Origin: Candidatus Multivoradales bacterium
GTDB taxonomy: Bacteria; Acidobacteriota; Thermoanaerobaculia; Multivoradales; Multivoraceae
Assembly (NCBI GenBank): GCA_965223325.1
Contig: CBDCWI010000001.1
Span: forward strand, 1,920,001 to 1,984,000
Direction of reading: 5' to 3'
Length of the DNA stretch: 64,000 bases
Below, in pieces: positions 18,901 to 27,512 of this stretch. The position numbers and the translations under genes were made by a program. The notes beneath the pieces are model-generated. The model searched no databases and was not told the DNA's origin. It saw only the letters and a list, made by a program, of their open reading frames with translations. The first letter of the stretch is position 1. The number at the start of each line of letters is the position of its first letter.

Positions 18901-19195
18901 CCGACCGAGCCGCCACGGCAACGTCGCCATCCCGTGGCGGCGGGGCGCCTCCGTCAGGCTGCGCGGCTGGCTCTTCCGGAGCGCGGTCTTCGGGAACAGG
19001 GTCTTCGGGAACAGAGTGCTCGAGTGCGGAGCGTACAAATGCCTTTGCCGCTTCGGTTTCACGATGCAGACGCAGCAACTCAGACTCCGCGGTATCAGCG
19101 CGACGGCGCAGCTCGCGGATCTGTGAAAGGGCACTCCTCGCCATGAAAAGGGCGACGGTCGACAGGGTCACGAAGATGAGAAGAAGCAAGGACAT
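15968..19195 (-). CDS. DUF2339-family large polytopic membrane protein
   Basis: N-terminal TM plus coiled coil, Pro-rich linker, WERWLGVRG, about 25 TM segments, C-terminal KTSLYDLGELEDLYRVASLVGL. Confidence 0.8.
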   Translation of the reverse strand: MSLLLLIFVTLSTVALFMARSALSQIRELRRRADTAESELLRLHRETEAAKAFVRSALEHSVPEDPVPEDRAPEEPAAQPDGGAPPPRDGDVAVAARSALERQPSTQKPSEPLAARTRVIEEQASEPRPTAEAPKTKVLPEQQLDRPAPPTGVEAPVSPPVNVQPLPYDQRPSASVESDWERWLGVRGAAIAGAVVLALAAILFFRHAIEAGWIGPLARVLFGYASGFGLLIGSERLRGGGFLPVSNGLAGTGIVTLYASTWAAHALYGFIPLLVAYPLMLLITVGCGVLAWRNDSAVTAMIGLLGGFVTPLLLAGTLDHPIGLFGYLLILNGGLWLLGRHRHWTGLATLGQALTFLYQFGWIAARLDSSSFWIGLLILAVFAAAYLVVGQKWRIESDGDQAREGALQQVLGIAAPFALTFWLTVHAELAMHALPLALFVLALNLVAIWLAGALRLQGAAVALAACDLALMVAWSGQHMNTSVETWAVTAFGLLVSLLFHFSVERYAVAPVSDQDTASRDDRERAFSVALLPSGLLWFGLLLWYAVLAVFESSFTYWPWLLAASVSTVGLLRLSGLAAEWARSGARNLLAVMASSGISLGLGGWILAGPSAANLSYEVLLGSAVIVGAALLGWAYFRQSLLADGARTVGVPAGWAWKAVAISPVVSLAALAITSGHVTALVMYSFAGALAMLIVLAASAGASGRLYALAALLLLGVHFLWTFQLAEGERATTALVAQLLSVVVFTAWPFLGFREARSMTGASSRSAWMTSALAGPLWFFPLRYLWLQGFGDSAIGLLPVLLGLVAGAAAWTAWQVKGEDSDSACEHVATYSTVALVFAAVAVPMQLEREWITMGWSLEALAAFVLWQRFSHRGLRFFGLVLHGAVLARLLLNPSLLSYHAGDEVLPILNWLAYTYLVPAVSLVMSARILRSGDHQGAESESQVLGGSAVLLGFAWVNLTILELFSEGGVIQLPHSQFAERDLTLSLAWAIYAMLLLGYGMWRKERGPRWASLCLLMVALIKTSLYDLGELEDLYRVASLVGLAVSLIGVSLLYQRFVFRDEDDETMAETPRPPAP
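18985..19014. repeat. 15-bp tandem duplication inside the DUF2339 linker
   Basis: GGTCTTCGGGAACAG x2, encoding VPEDP/VPEDR on the minus strand. Confidence 0.8.
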
Positions 19196-19582
19196 CGATG
19201 CCACCTGGCGGTCGGAGAGTGAACGGAGACCAGCCCGTCGAGAATTCAGGACTCAGGTCAAGCGAGATCGTCAAGCGGCCGAACCACTCGAGGAGCGCGC
19301 GGAGGCACGTGAGTGCCAAATCCCTGCCAAGCCTGAAGGCGCACGACCGCTGACCTTGCCGCCCGTAGGCCGGGCCCCGAGCGGACCAGCAGGTGACCAG
19401 CGAAGTACGGTGGATGTACCGACCGCCTCCACCAGGAAGGAATTCTAGTAAATCTTGGCTAGCGGTCCAAGAATCCTCGCCCCGAGCTCGAGAGGGCAAG
19501 ACCCAGCCGGGTGCCCGTCACACCAGAGCGGCGCCCTTTTCGCCCAAAGGCCGTGCCCGTGACGGATCGGGGCGCCGCTGGT

Positions 19583-19876
19583 TCACCCGGAGCGCACCAG
19601 GCGCACAAAGACCGCGTGCGCCTCCTGGTCTACCGGCCTGTGCACGATCCTGGTGCTTGCAGGGTGGTTACCGAGGAAGTTGCCGCCCCGCAGATCGGTG
19701 GCCGGCCGTACCGGGCGAGTCTGGAAGCCTCCCCCGCAGTTTGGGCAAACATCGAGTAGGACCTGCTCGACGCACGACGCACAAAAGGTGCACTCGTAGG
19801 AACAGATCCGCGCATCCCCCGCGTCGGGCAGCAGCTCTTTGTTGCAGTGTTCACAGGTCGGTCGCAGTTCGAGCAT
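19583..19876 (-). CDS. DUF1272 family Cys-rich small protein
   Basis: MLELRPTCEHC, ARICSYECTFCASC, CPNCGGGF..RP.RP. Confidence 0.88.
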   Translation of the reverse strand: MLELRPTCEHCNKELLPDAGDARICSYECTFCASCVEQVLLDVCPNCGGGFQTRPVRPATDLRGGNFLGNHPASTRIVHRPVDQEAHAVFVRLVRSG

Positions 19877-19908
19877 GGGTGTTCTTCCTTCGGTTGGCGC
19901 CTTCCTGG

Positions 19909-20736
19909 TCAGAACGGGCGCGCGCGCGGACGGAGCAGGCTCTCGGGTCTCGAGAGATCAGGGTGGGCCTTCTGCGCCTCGGCTCTCGCCAAGGCCAACC
20001 CTCCCCAGGCCACGACTCCAAGCGTGTCATAGCCAGAGGCCTCCGCCGCGTCGTCACCCCAGAGTGCTGCGACCTGAACCGGGCGCGCCGTCGAAGAGCG
20101 GTACGCCGCCAGGATGTTGGCTGTGTCATCGACAGCCGCTTCTGCCGCATCGGGGTAGCGAACATCGCCGAACCAGGCGGCACGCCCCTCCTGCCGCATC
20201 ATCTCGTCCAGACTCCGGGGGCCGCCATGTTCGAGAACATAGAAGGCGCGGTAGATCGCCGCGGCGGTCGCCGCGGCGAGCACGCCCGGTGAATACGGAT
20301 CTCCCGACCACAAAACCGTGGTGATCCAACCGTGCTCGATCTCATGATGGCGCCGGCCGGGCTCGAGAAAGCGATAGCTGAAGTCACTCAAGACGCGATC
20401 GGTCCAGCCACCCATCGCGTCGTCGACCACGACAACCGTGACCTTGAGATCGAGGCCGTGAACGGCTTCGACCACTCGCGGCGACATCCTCTCGGCAGCG
20501 CGCGCCGTCGCCTCGGCGGCGACCTCTTCCGCTCCACTGTCGATGAGCCGATCGAGCATCTCGGTAACGTGATCCTTGGCCATTGGGTTGACCAGCGTAA
20601 GCGGGAGCTTGACCGAGCCATCGGGCAGCCTGCCCATCACCTCGAGGTAGTTCAGGAAGCGTTCTCGCCCGATCGGAAGATCGAGCAAACGCCGCTGGCA
20701 CTCGAGGAGTGGCTCGAAGCGAATTGTTGCGGACAT
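19909..20736 (-). CDS. Conserved hypothetical protein
   Basis: 275 aa of normal composition (NPMAKDHV, VVDDAMGGWTDR), GGAAGG RBS, co-oriented with neighbours. Confidence 0.7.
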   Translation of the reverse strand: MSATIRFEPLLECQRRLLDLPIGRERFLNYLEVMGRLPDGSVKLPLTLVNPMAKDHVTEMLDRLIDSGAEEVAAEATARAAERMSPRVVEAVHGLDLKVTVVVVDDAMGGWTDRVLSDFSYRFLEPGRRHHEIEHGWITTVLWSGDPYSPGVLAAATAAAIYRAFYVLEHGGPRSLDEMMRQEGRAAWFGDVRYPDAAEAAVDDTANILAAYRSSTARPVQVAALWGDDAAEASGYDTLGVVAWGGLALARAEAQKAHPDLSRPESLLRPRARPF

Positions 20737-20756
20737 GGGTTCCTTCCTACCGGAAG

Positions 20757-22664
20757 TCAGGTCCGAGGGCGCGCTTGATCGTCGCGTTGCTCGGCCGAGT
20801 CTTGACGCTCCGCGTGCACCTTGAGTGCCTCGAGAAGGTTGCGGGTGACCCAGTACCCGGCCCGGCGCACACGACGCGAGGTCGGCCGGTCGGTTACGCG
20901 CACTGCGTACGCAAAGCGGGGAGCATCGGCCGGTGCGAAACCGATGTAGTTGACGTGGAACCCCTGCCCCGGTTCGCGCGCGGTACCGGTCTTCATCGCG
21001 GCCCGAAACCCCGGGGGAGAAACGTTGCGTGCCGTTCCGCGGTCAGTGACTGCCAACATGGCGGTCCTCATCTCGACCAGCGTGAGCACATCGGCAACCG
21101 GCACGTCACCCTCCATGTCCTCGGTCCGAACGAGTCTGTGGGGCGTCAAGCCGAGTCGTCCGTCGACCGCGGCCAGCCACTGTGGGTTGCGCACGATGCC
21201 GTCGCCAGCGAGAGCCGAGGCCATCAGTGCCGCATGAAGTGGCGTGATCTCTGATACGTCCAAACCAATCGAGAGATCGGCGAGGTGGCGATCCGTGACG
21301 ATGGCGTGGCGGATCCGGCCGAAGCCCGGGCGAGAAGGCTCCCCGGGGCCAGCAAAACCGAAACGCCGGTAGCTGTCGATCACCGCGTCGCGACCTTCAA
21401 GGAGACCGAGACGGGCGAAGCTCGTGTTGCAGCTCACCGCCAGGGCATGGGCAAAGCCCGTCAAGCGACCGGCAACCGCCGGACACCACAAGGGCCCTCC
21501 GGAGAGGGACACCGAGCCGTGACACGGTTGCGCTCGAATCGCCTCATCGAGATCCGTTCCCGCGTGCGCAGCGGCGGCTGCGGTGATCAGCTTGGCGATC
21601 GAAGCCGGTTCGAAGGCCTGGCGCGCGAAGGGCGGAACCGCGCCACCCGCCGTCTCGGTGGCGTCATCGCTCACCGCGGCCAGCACGTCTCCCGTACCGG
21701 CACCGACAACCACGATGGTGCCGCGCTCGCCACCCAGGACACTCTTCAGGGTCTCGGTCAACGAAAGATCGATGGTCGAACGCAAACCACCGGCATCTGC
21801 CGTTGGCACTCGCGAGCGCGAGTCCAGGAGAGTCTGTTCGAGCACCCAGGGCGAAAGACCGGTGGCGGCACCACGTGGGTCGAGCTCGACTCCCGGTCGA
21901 CTGCTTTCAGTTCGAGCGACTCTTCCCAGCAGACGGCCGTCGCGATCGAACACCGGAATGCTTCCCGACTGTGCGATCTCCAACAACTCGGCCAAGCGGC
22001 GCTCGAAGGGTGCGACGCGATGGTTGGCTGGCGTACCAGCGCTCTCGGTACCGATGAGAGTTGCAGCGGTCGCGGCGTCACTCTTCGTCTCGCTGGCGGA
22101 GGGGTGATTCTCATATGGAAGGCGAAGCGCCTGGCGATCGACGTCGCCGAGTTGCAGCCGTGCTGCGATTCCCCAGGTGCGGTAGCGCTTGCGCTCCTCC
22201 GACGACAGGCCCTCGAGAACCGACAACACATGGCCCGCCCGGCCGTCGAGCAGCTCACGCCGCAAGAGAAGCGCCAGGGGTAGCTGACCAGGCTCGAGAT
22301 GTTCGTCGGCCGCCCGTTCAGCGACCCAAGATTCGGTCGCGCCCGCCCGCAACGAGCGTAGCGTTTCCTGTTCCGCCGAATCCAGCAAGGGAAGCGGGGG
22401 CGATTCGAGCCGCCCTGCAACCAGCGAGTCATCCCAACCCACCTCGCCAGCAGCGACCAGGCTGGCGAGTTCGGCGGTCGCAGCTTCGGTGGCTTCGACC
22501 CGCGCCCAACCAAGCACGCCAAGCGATAAGAGGGCGCCCAGGAAAGCTCCGGCGGCCAGCAGGCTCGGCCAACGGCGAAGAGGGGGAAGTGGCGGCATGG
22601 AAGGTTCGGAAGGGTTCGTCGAGGACCGTGGCAGGAGCAGGGAGCGGTCGAAACGCGGCGCCAC
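20757..22664 (-). CDS. Penicillin-binding protein, transpeptidase domain (class B-like)
   Basis: N-terminal TM anchor, SIAK (SxxK), SCN (SxN), KTGTA. Start could be 22598. Confidence 0.85.
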   Translation of the reverse strand: MAPRFDRSLLLPRSSTNPSEPSMPPLPPLRRWPSLLAAGAFLGALLSLGVLGWARVEATEAATAELASLVAAGEVGWDDSLVAGRLESPPLPLLDSAEQETLRSLRAGATESWVAERAADEHLEPGQLPLALLLRRELLDGRAGHVLSVLEGLSSEERKRYRTWGIAARLQLGDVDRQALRLPYENHPSASETKSDAATAATLIGTESAGTPANHRVAPFERRLAELLEIAQSGSIPVFDRDGRLLGRVARTESSRPGVELDPRGAATGLSPWVLEQTLLDSRSRVPTADAGGLRSTIDLSLTETLKSVLGGERGTIVVVGAGTGDVLAAVSDDATETAGGAVPPFARQAFEPASIAKLITAAAAAHAGTDLDEAIRAQPCHGSVSLSGGPLWCPAVAGRLTGFAHALAVSCNTSFARLGLLEGRDAVIDSYRRFGFAGPGEPSRPGFGRIRHAIVTDRHLADLSIGLDVSEITPLHAALMASALAGDGIVRNPQWLAAVDGRLGLTPHRLVRTEDMEGDVPVADVLTLVEMRTAMLAVTDRGTARNVSPPGFRAAMKTGTAREPGQGFHVNYIGFAPADAPRFAYAVRVTDRPTSRRVRRAGYWVTRNLLEALKVHAERQDSAEQRDDQARPRT

Positions 22665-22747
22665 CGATCCTAGTCGATCCTCCGCAATCTGAGCCGCAAC
22701 TCCTTTGGTTTCAATACCTACGGTACTCTGCCCAAGACTCCCCGCAC

Positions 22748-23596
22748 CTAGGACTCTTTGCGGTAGCGCAGGACAAAGCGGTCGGTGCGGCGGCGGATCT
22801 CGTCGTTGAACACGTCGAGTTCGCGGGCGTCTACCGGGTTGCGTAGGATGTCGGCCTCGGCCTCGAGAGTGAAGCCGGCCTCAGCCATGTCGGCCTTGAC
22901 AACCGCTTCGTCGATGCGATGCAGCGTGGTCGCGACTTCGACCGTGTCTCCACCTGGAGTGGCAGAGTGGTCGATGACGGCCAGGATCCCGCCTGGTTTG
23001 AGCCCCTCGTGAAGCTCCGCCAGCAGCACCCGATGATCGATCATCGGCCAGCCGCTCTCGGGCTCGTAGTAGGTGTCGTGGTAGCCGAGACCAAAGAAGA
23101 TGGCATCGTAGGTCGCGGGCTCCAGGTCGAGCTCTTCGATCTCGGCGATCAAGCGGCGGGCGTTCGGCAATCGGTCGCCGGCGAACCGTTCCTCCCACTG
23201 CTCTCCCAGGAACTGCAGGTAAGGCTGATTGTTGTGGCAAGTAACGGATCCGTCGTCACCGACAATCCGCGACAGAATCTCGGTGTAGTAGCCGGCTCCA
23301 CACAAGAGGTCGAGTACGTGCATACCGGGTGTGATCTCGAAGAAGGCGACCACCTCGGCTGGCTTGCGGCCGGCGTCGTCTTCCCTGTCGCTCGCCGGAC
23401 GGTCCGAGCTGTAGACCGCAGCTTCGGCGAACGCTCGATAGTCGACAGCTTCCACTGGCGACGCTCTGACGGGTTCGGGCGCCGGTGCGGAAGCGCTTTC
23501 CACCGCTTCCTCGGGTGCACAGCCCGCGAGTGCTACCGCCAGCAAGAGAACTGATACTTGTTTGAAGGCTCGAACTCTCGAATCACTGCTCTTCAT
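22748..23596 (-). CDS. Class I SAM-dependent methyltransferase (COG4798-like), lipoprotein
   Basis: LAGC lipobox, RKPAEVVAFF, VLDLLCGAGYYT, LKPGGILAVIDH, TDRFVLRY. Confidence 0.85.
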   Translation of the reverse strand: MKSSDSRVRAFKQVSVLLLAVALAGCAPEEAVESASAPAPEPVRASPVEAVDYRAFAEAAVYSSDRPASDREDDAGRKPAEVVAFFEITPGMHVLDLLCGAGYYTEILSRIVGDDGSVTCHNNQPYLQFLGEQWEERFAGDRLPNARRLIAEIEELDLEPATYDAIFFGLGYHDTYYEPESGWPMIDHRVLLAELHEGLKPGGILAVIDHSATPGGDTVEVATTLHRIDEAVVKADMAEAGFTLEAEADILRNPVDARELDVFNDEIRRRTDRFVLRYRKES

Positions 23597-23764
23597 TCGA
23601 CGACTCCGGTTGGTGCGCCGCGACCTCGGCGGGCCAGCCGCTGGCTGCCGGCGAGGAGGCTTCTGCGGTTGGTATCTTGGAAGACTACCTGCCGGCCGGA
23701 GGTACCGAACCCTCCTGGGACGAAATGGTCGGCAGGATTCTCAACTCCTCTCAGGAGCCCCATC

Positions 23765-25171
23765 TTGAAACTCGCTCACGGTCTGTTCTCCATCGCCCTG
23801 TTCACGCTCGTCGCGCCTCCTCCCTCGCTTTCGGCACAGGAGACTTCACTCGACCAGATGATGGCCAACCGTCATGCCAAGAGGGTGTGCTCGGGCGTCT
23901 TCCTGTCGGAGCGCGATGCAGCCGTCATCATGCGCCAGGACCACGACGTCGATCCTCAGACCCACGAGATCGACATCGATCGCGCGACAGGGATCGTGAG
24001 TGTCACGACACCGCAGGGCTCAGAAGGCACCGCCGTCTGGCGGGCCGGCCTTGGTTGCACGATTGCCATCGATACGGAGCCTTCGAAGCTCCGGGCACTC
24101 GACTTCGGCCGACCCGTTCCCAGACCCCTCGACCCGCAGGTTGAGTGGCCCAACGGATCGCGCACGCCCGAAAAAATACCTCCTGGAGTCGATACGGCCG
24201 CCCTGACCAGGGCACTCGACGACGCTTTCAGCGAGCCCGATAAGGGTCGCCGCGGTACACGCGGGGTGGCAGTGATCCAGAACGGCCACCTGGTCGCCGA
24301 GCGCTACGCCGAGGGTTTTGCAGTCGATCGCCCGATCATCGCCTGGTCGATGACCAAGACGGTCACCGCCGCACTGGTCGGGATGGCCGTTGGCGAGGGA
24401 CTACTCGACATCGAGGCGCCGGCGCCGGTCGCCGAGTGGCAGAGCGACGATGATCCGCGCAAGAGCATCACCCTCGACCAGCTGCTCCGCATGTCGAGCG
24501 GTCTCGAGTTCTCGGAGGAGTACGTGGCCGGTGCAAGTGACGTCGTGGTCATGTTGTTCGCCGAGCCCGACATGGGAACCTATGCCGCCAACCAGGAGCT
24601 CGAGACCGAGCCCGACACCCGCTGGGCCTACTCGAGTGGCACCACGAACATCATTGCCGAAGTGCTGGTGAACGCTCTCGGCGGCCCCGAGAAGGCGCTG
24701 ACCTACGCCAGGCGCCAACTCTTCGACCGCATTGCGATGGCACACACCGTCCTCGAACCTGATGAGTCCGGCGTGCCTGTCGGATCGTCGTTCATGTACT
24801 CGACGCCACGCGACATGGCACGCTTCGGCCAGCTCTTGCTCAACGATGGTGTGTGGACGAGTGCTTCAGGCGAAGAGTCGAGGATCCTTCCTGAGGGTTG
24901 GGTCGACTACATGATCACCCCAACGCCGGCCAACCCGCGCGGTGAGTACGGCGCACAAACCTGGCTCAATCGCGGCGAACCAGGCAACCCCGAGAACCGT
25001 CGCTGGCCGTCTGTGCCAACCGATGCCTATGGTCTCTCGGGCTTCGAAGGCCAGAGCGTCACGGTCATCCCGTCACGGAACGCTGTGATCGTGCGCATGG
25101 GTCGGTCGGTGCCGCGTGGTGCCTTCAACCTCGACGCCTTCCTGGCTGCGGTCCTCGACGCACTCGAGTGA
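23765..25171 (+). CDS. Serine hydrolase, beta-lactamase class C/AmpC family, secreted
   Basis: WSMTKT (SxxK), LLRMSSGL, YSSG, TPRDMARFG. TTG start with AGGAG RBS and a signal peptide. Confidence 0.87.
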   Translation: MKLAHGLFSIALFTLVAPPPSLSAQETSLDQMMANRHAKRVCSGVFLSERDAAVIMRQDHDVDPQTHEIDIDRATGIVSVTTPQGSEGTAVWRAGLGCTIAIDTEPSKLRALDFGRPVPRPLDPQVEWPNGSRTPEKIPPGVDTAALTRALDDAFSEPDKGRRGTRGVAVIQNGHLVAERYAEGFAVDRPIIAWSMTKTVTAALVGMAVGEGLLDIEAPAPVAEWQSDDDPRKSITLDQLLRMSSGLEFSEEYVAGASDVVVMLFAEPDMGTYAANQELETEPDTRWAYSSGTTNIIAEVLVNALGGPEKALTYARRQLFDRIAMAHTVLEPDESGVPVGSSFMYSTPRDMARFGQLLLNDGVWTSASGEESRILPEGWVDYMITPTPANPRGEYGAQTWLNRGEPGNPENRRWPSVPTDAYGLSGFEGQSVTVIPSRNAVIVRMGRSVPRGAFNLDAFLAAVLDALE

Positions 25172-25182
25172 AACGCTCCTAA

Positions 25183-25340
25183 TACCCCGTACCATTGAAA
25201 CGCACAGCGTCTGCGCGGTCCTCGCGCTCGATCTCTGTGTTGTCACTCCTCGACAGATCACCAATATGCCTGCGTCGTGACGCCTTGATCTCGAGCACGA
25301 TCATCCGCTCAGCCACTATCCGTTTCAAGGGTACGGGGTA
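25183..25340. mobile_element. MITE-like element (158 bp), family B, complete copy
   Basis: 20-bp TIRs TACCCCGTACCATTGAAACG / CGTTTCAAGGGTACGGGGTA (1 mismatch), flanked by CTAA and CTAG. Interior matches 63164-63274 in inverted orientation. Confidence 0.78.
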
Positions 25341-25350
25341 CTAGAGCAGC

Positions 25351-27390
25351 TCAGCCGTCGACGTAACCCAGGGCCTCGAGGCGCTCGAGGGTTTCCTGGT
25401 CGTAGGCGGCGCCGGTGTTCTCCTCGATCTCGCGCAGGCTCTCCCACAGCGAGGCCAGGAGCGCACGGAACTCGCGGACCCTTCTCTTCTTGCGCAGGCG
25501 CAGGTTGTCGCGCTCCTTCGGATCCTGATCGAGGCGGTAGAGCTCGTCGTACGAAGGGCGCTTCGGGAAGTGGATCAGCTTCCACGGCGGCGCACGCAGA
25601 ACCCGCATTTCCGGCCCTGTCTGGTTGGCAGCCGAAAGCACCGGCGGCCGTGGCGGCTGGCGTTCACCGGCACGCTTGCGCGTCAGGTGAACTTCGAAGC
25701 TGCGCCCGGAGAGTTGGCCGGGTTCTATCGGCAGGTCGTAGCGTTCGGCCATCGTCGGAAAGATGTCGATGTGTGAAAGGAGCATCGCATCCTGGACCGT
25801 CTCCTCGGGAGCGCCTGCCCTTCCAGGGCGCGGTCGGACCAGGAGCGGAACGCGCAGGAGCTCCTCGTACATCGCATGTCCGTGTCCGTAGGTCTCTGGC
25901 TCTCGATCTCCGGTGGTTCGTGCACGATGCTCATCCGAAGGCATCATCTCGCCATGATCGGAGACGATCCAGATCTCGGTTTGCTCCGGCGGGAGGAACG
26001 ACGCTGTGTTCTCGAGCAGAGCGGCGAGCTCAGCAACGACGAAACGCGTTTCGTTCCAGTAGAGCTCCTCCTGCCCCGCCGCCCAGGGAGCCGGTGGTGG
26101 TTCAGCACGCGGGCGTTCATGCAGCGGAGCGTGCGGATCCATGAAGTGAACCCAGGCAAACAACGGTAGGCCACTCTTGGTCACTTCCGGCAGGCGACGT
26201 TCGAACAGCCGCCGCACACGCGGTGCAGGCGCATAGATTTCGCGCTCGATCCAACCAGCGCGCACGAACGGGGTGAGCGTTGGAAGCTTGCCGGTAGTGG
26301 CCTGGAGGACTTCGAAGCGATCGAAGCCGCGGGAGATGCCACTCGCTGGGTGGAGAAGCGGGTTGGTCACCAGCCCTTCGGTGGCGTAGCCCGCCGCCCG
26401 AAAGCTCTCGGCCAGGGTGCCGACTTCAGGCGAGAGGGCACCGATCGGGCGACCGATGTCCAGGCCACGGGTCAGTCCGAAGCCGTGCTCCTCTGGGTAG
26501 CGGCCGGTATGAATCGAGCCCATTGAGGGCGCCGTCCAGGGGGCCGCCGCGACCAGCTGGGAGAACTCGACGATCGGCCCGAGGGCCTTCTGGAGACGCG
26601 CGCCTTCGGCGGTCTCAGCCAGCACCTGGGTAAACACGTCGTGGCGTTGGGTGTCGATGACCAGCAACAACACGTGCGGCGCATCCGACGCGGCCTCGAC
26701 ACGCTCGGCCGGCGCGTCGAGCTGCCGGGATTCCGACGGCCAACGATCGGCGCGCACCAGGGCAGTGACCACGACAGCGGCCAGCAGCGCTCCGATCGCC
26801 AACCCTGCGACCAGCGCCCGAACAGAAAGGCGGCGCGCCGCGAAGATCAGCCCGAGCGCGGCGAAGGCAAGGAGAGCATCGAGTGCGAGGGCGAGCGGTT
26901 CGAAGGGTAGTCGCACCAGGTTGCGGTTGACCGCAAGCCCGAGGGCGATCGCCAAAGAAAAGACCCAAGCGCTCCAGAAACGTCGGGTGCGCTCGAGGCC
27001 ACCTGCCACCCCCACTGCCACCAGCGGAATGGCCGCAACCACGACGACAGTGACGAGAAGCGCCGCCACCATGCCCACCCGGCCTGCCAGCGCCTGTTGT
27101 ACCCGTTCGAAGACGGCCGGCAGCTGGATGGCGAGCATCGTCCAGGCGAGAAGCTCCGTCGAACGGAGAGGCGCAGGTGCAGTCCGCGCGGCGATCCGGG
27201 CGCCGAAACCAAGGAGCATCGCAACGACTGAGGCCGCAACCACTCCCAACAACAGGTAGAGCGGCAAGTGCTCGACTTGCGGCAACAACCACTCCCCCAG
27301 GGTGAGGTAGACGGACACCACATCGATGAGCACTGAACAGCAGCCGGCCAGGAGGCCAACCATGGGCACGCGCAAGAAAGAGTTGTTCAA
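25351..27390 (-). CDS. Membrane-anchored sulfatase-like protein (multi-TM N-terminus)
   Basis: About 7 TM helices, then LLLVIDTQRHD, AAPWTAPSMGSIHTG, HFMDPHAP, SDHGE, HGHAMYEELLRVPL, LEALGY. Confidence 0.83.
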   Translation of the reverse strand: MNNSFLRVPMVGLLAGCCSVLIDVVSVYLTLGEWLLPQVEHLPLYLLLGVVAASVVAMLLGFGARIAARTAPAPLRSTELLAWTMLAIQLPAVFERVQQALAGRVGMVAALLVTVVVVAAIPLVAVGVAGGLERTRRFWSAWVFSLAIALGLAVNRNLVRLPFEPLALALDALLAFAALGLIFAARRLSVRALVAGLAIGALLAAVVVTALVRADRWPSESRQLDAPAERVEAASDAPHVLLLVIDTQRHDVFTQVLAETAEGARLQKALGPIVEFSQLVAAAPWTAPSMGSIHTGRYPEEHGFGLTRGLDIGRPIGALSPEVGTLAESFRAAGYATEGLVTNPLLHPASGISRGFDRFEVLQATTGKLPTLTPFVRAGWIEREIYAPAPRVRRLFERRLPEVTKSGLPLFAWVHFMDPHAPLHERPRAEPPPAPWAAGQEELYWNETRFVVAELAALLENTASFLPPEQTEIWIVSDHGEMMPSDEHRARTTGDREPETYGHGHAMYEELLRVPLLVRPRPGRAGAPEETVQDAMLLSHIDIFPTMAERYDLPIEPGQLSGRSFEVHLTRKRAGERQPPRPPVLSAANQTGPEMRVLRAPPWKLIHFPKRPSYDELYRLDQDPKERDNLRLRKKRRVREFRALLASLWESLREIEENTGAAYDQETLERLEALGYVDG

Positions 27391-27512
27391 GGGATTCTCT
27401 GGACGGTCATGGGGCTCTCAGGCTACCGCTCGCCGTCTCGCCAGCACGAGCAATGCCTGCCGTGGTTGGAATCAACGGAAATCGCCCTCCCAGGCCGTAG
27501 ACTCTCCGCACC

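Noticed and set aside
19205-19582. About 380-bp intergenic region as possible ncRNA or small gene
   Set aside because: Only short hairpins and no recognisable riboswitch, tRNA or coding signature; an Rfam scan would be needed.
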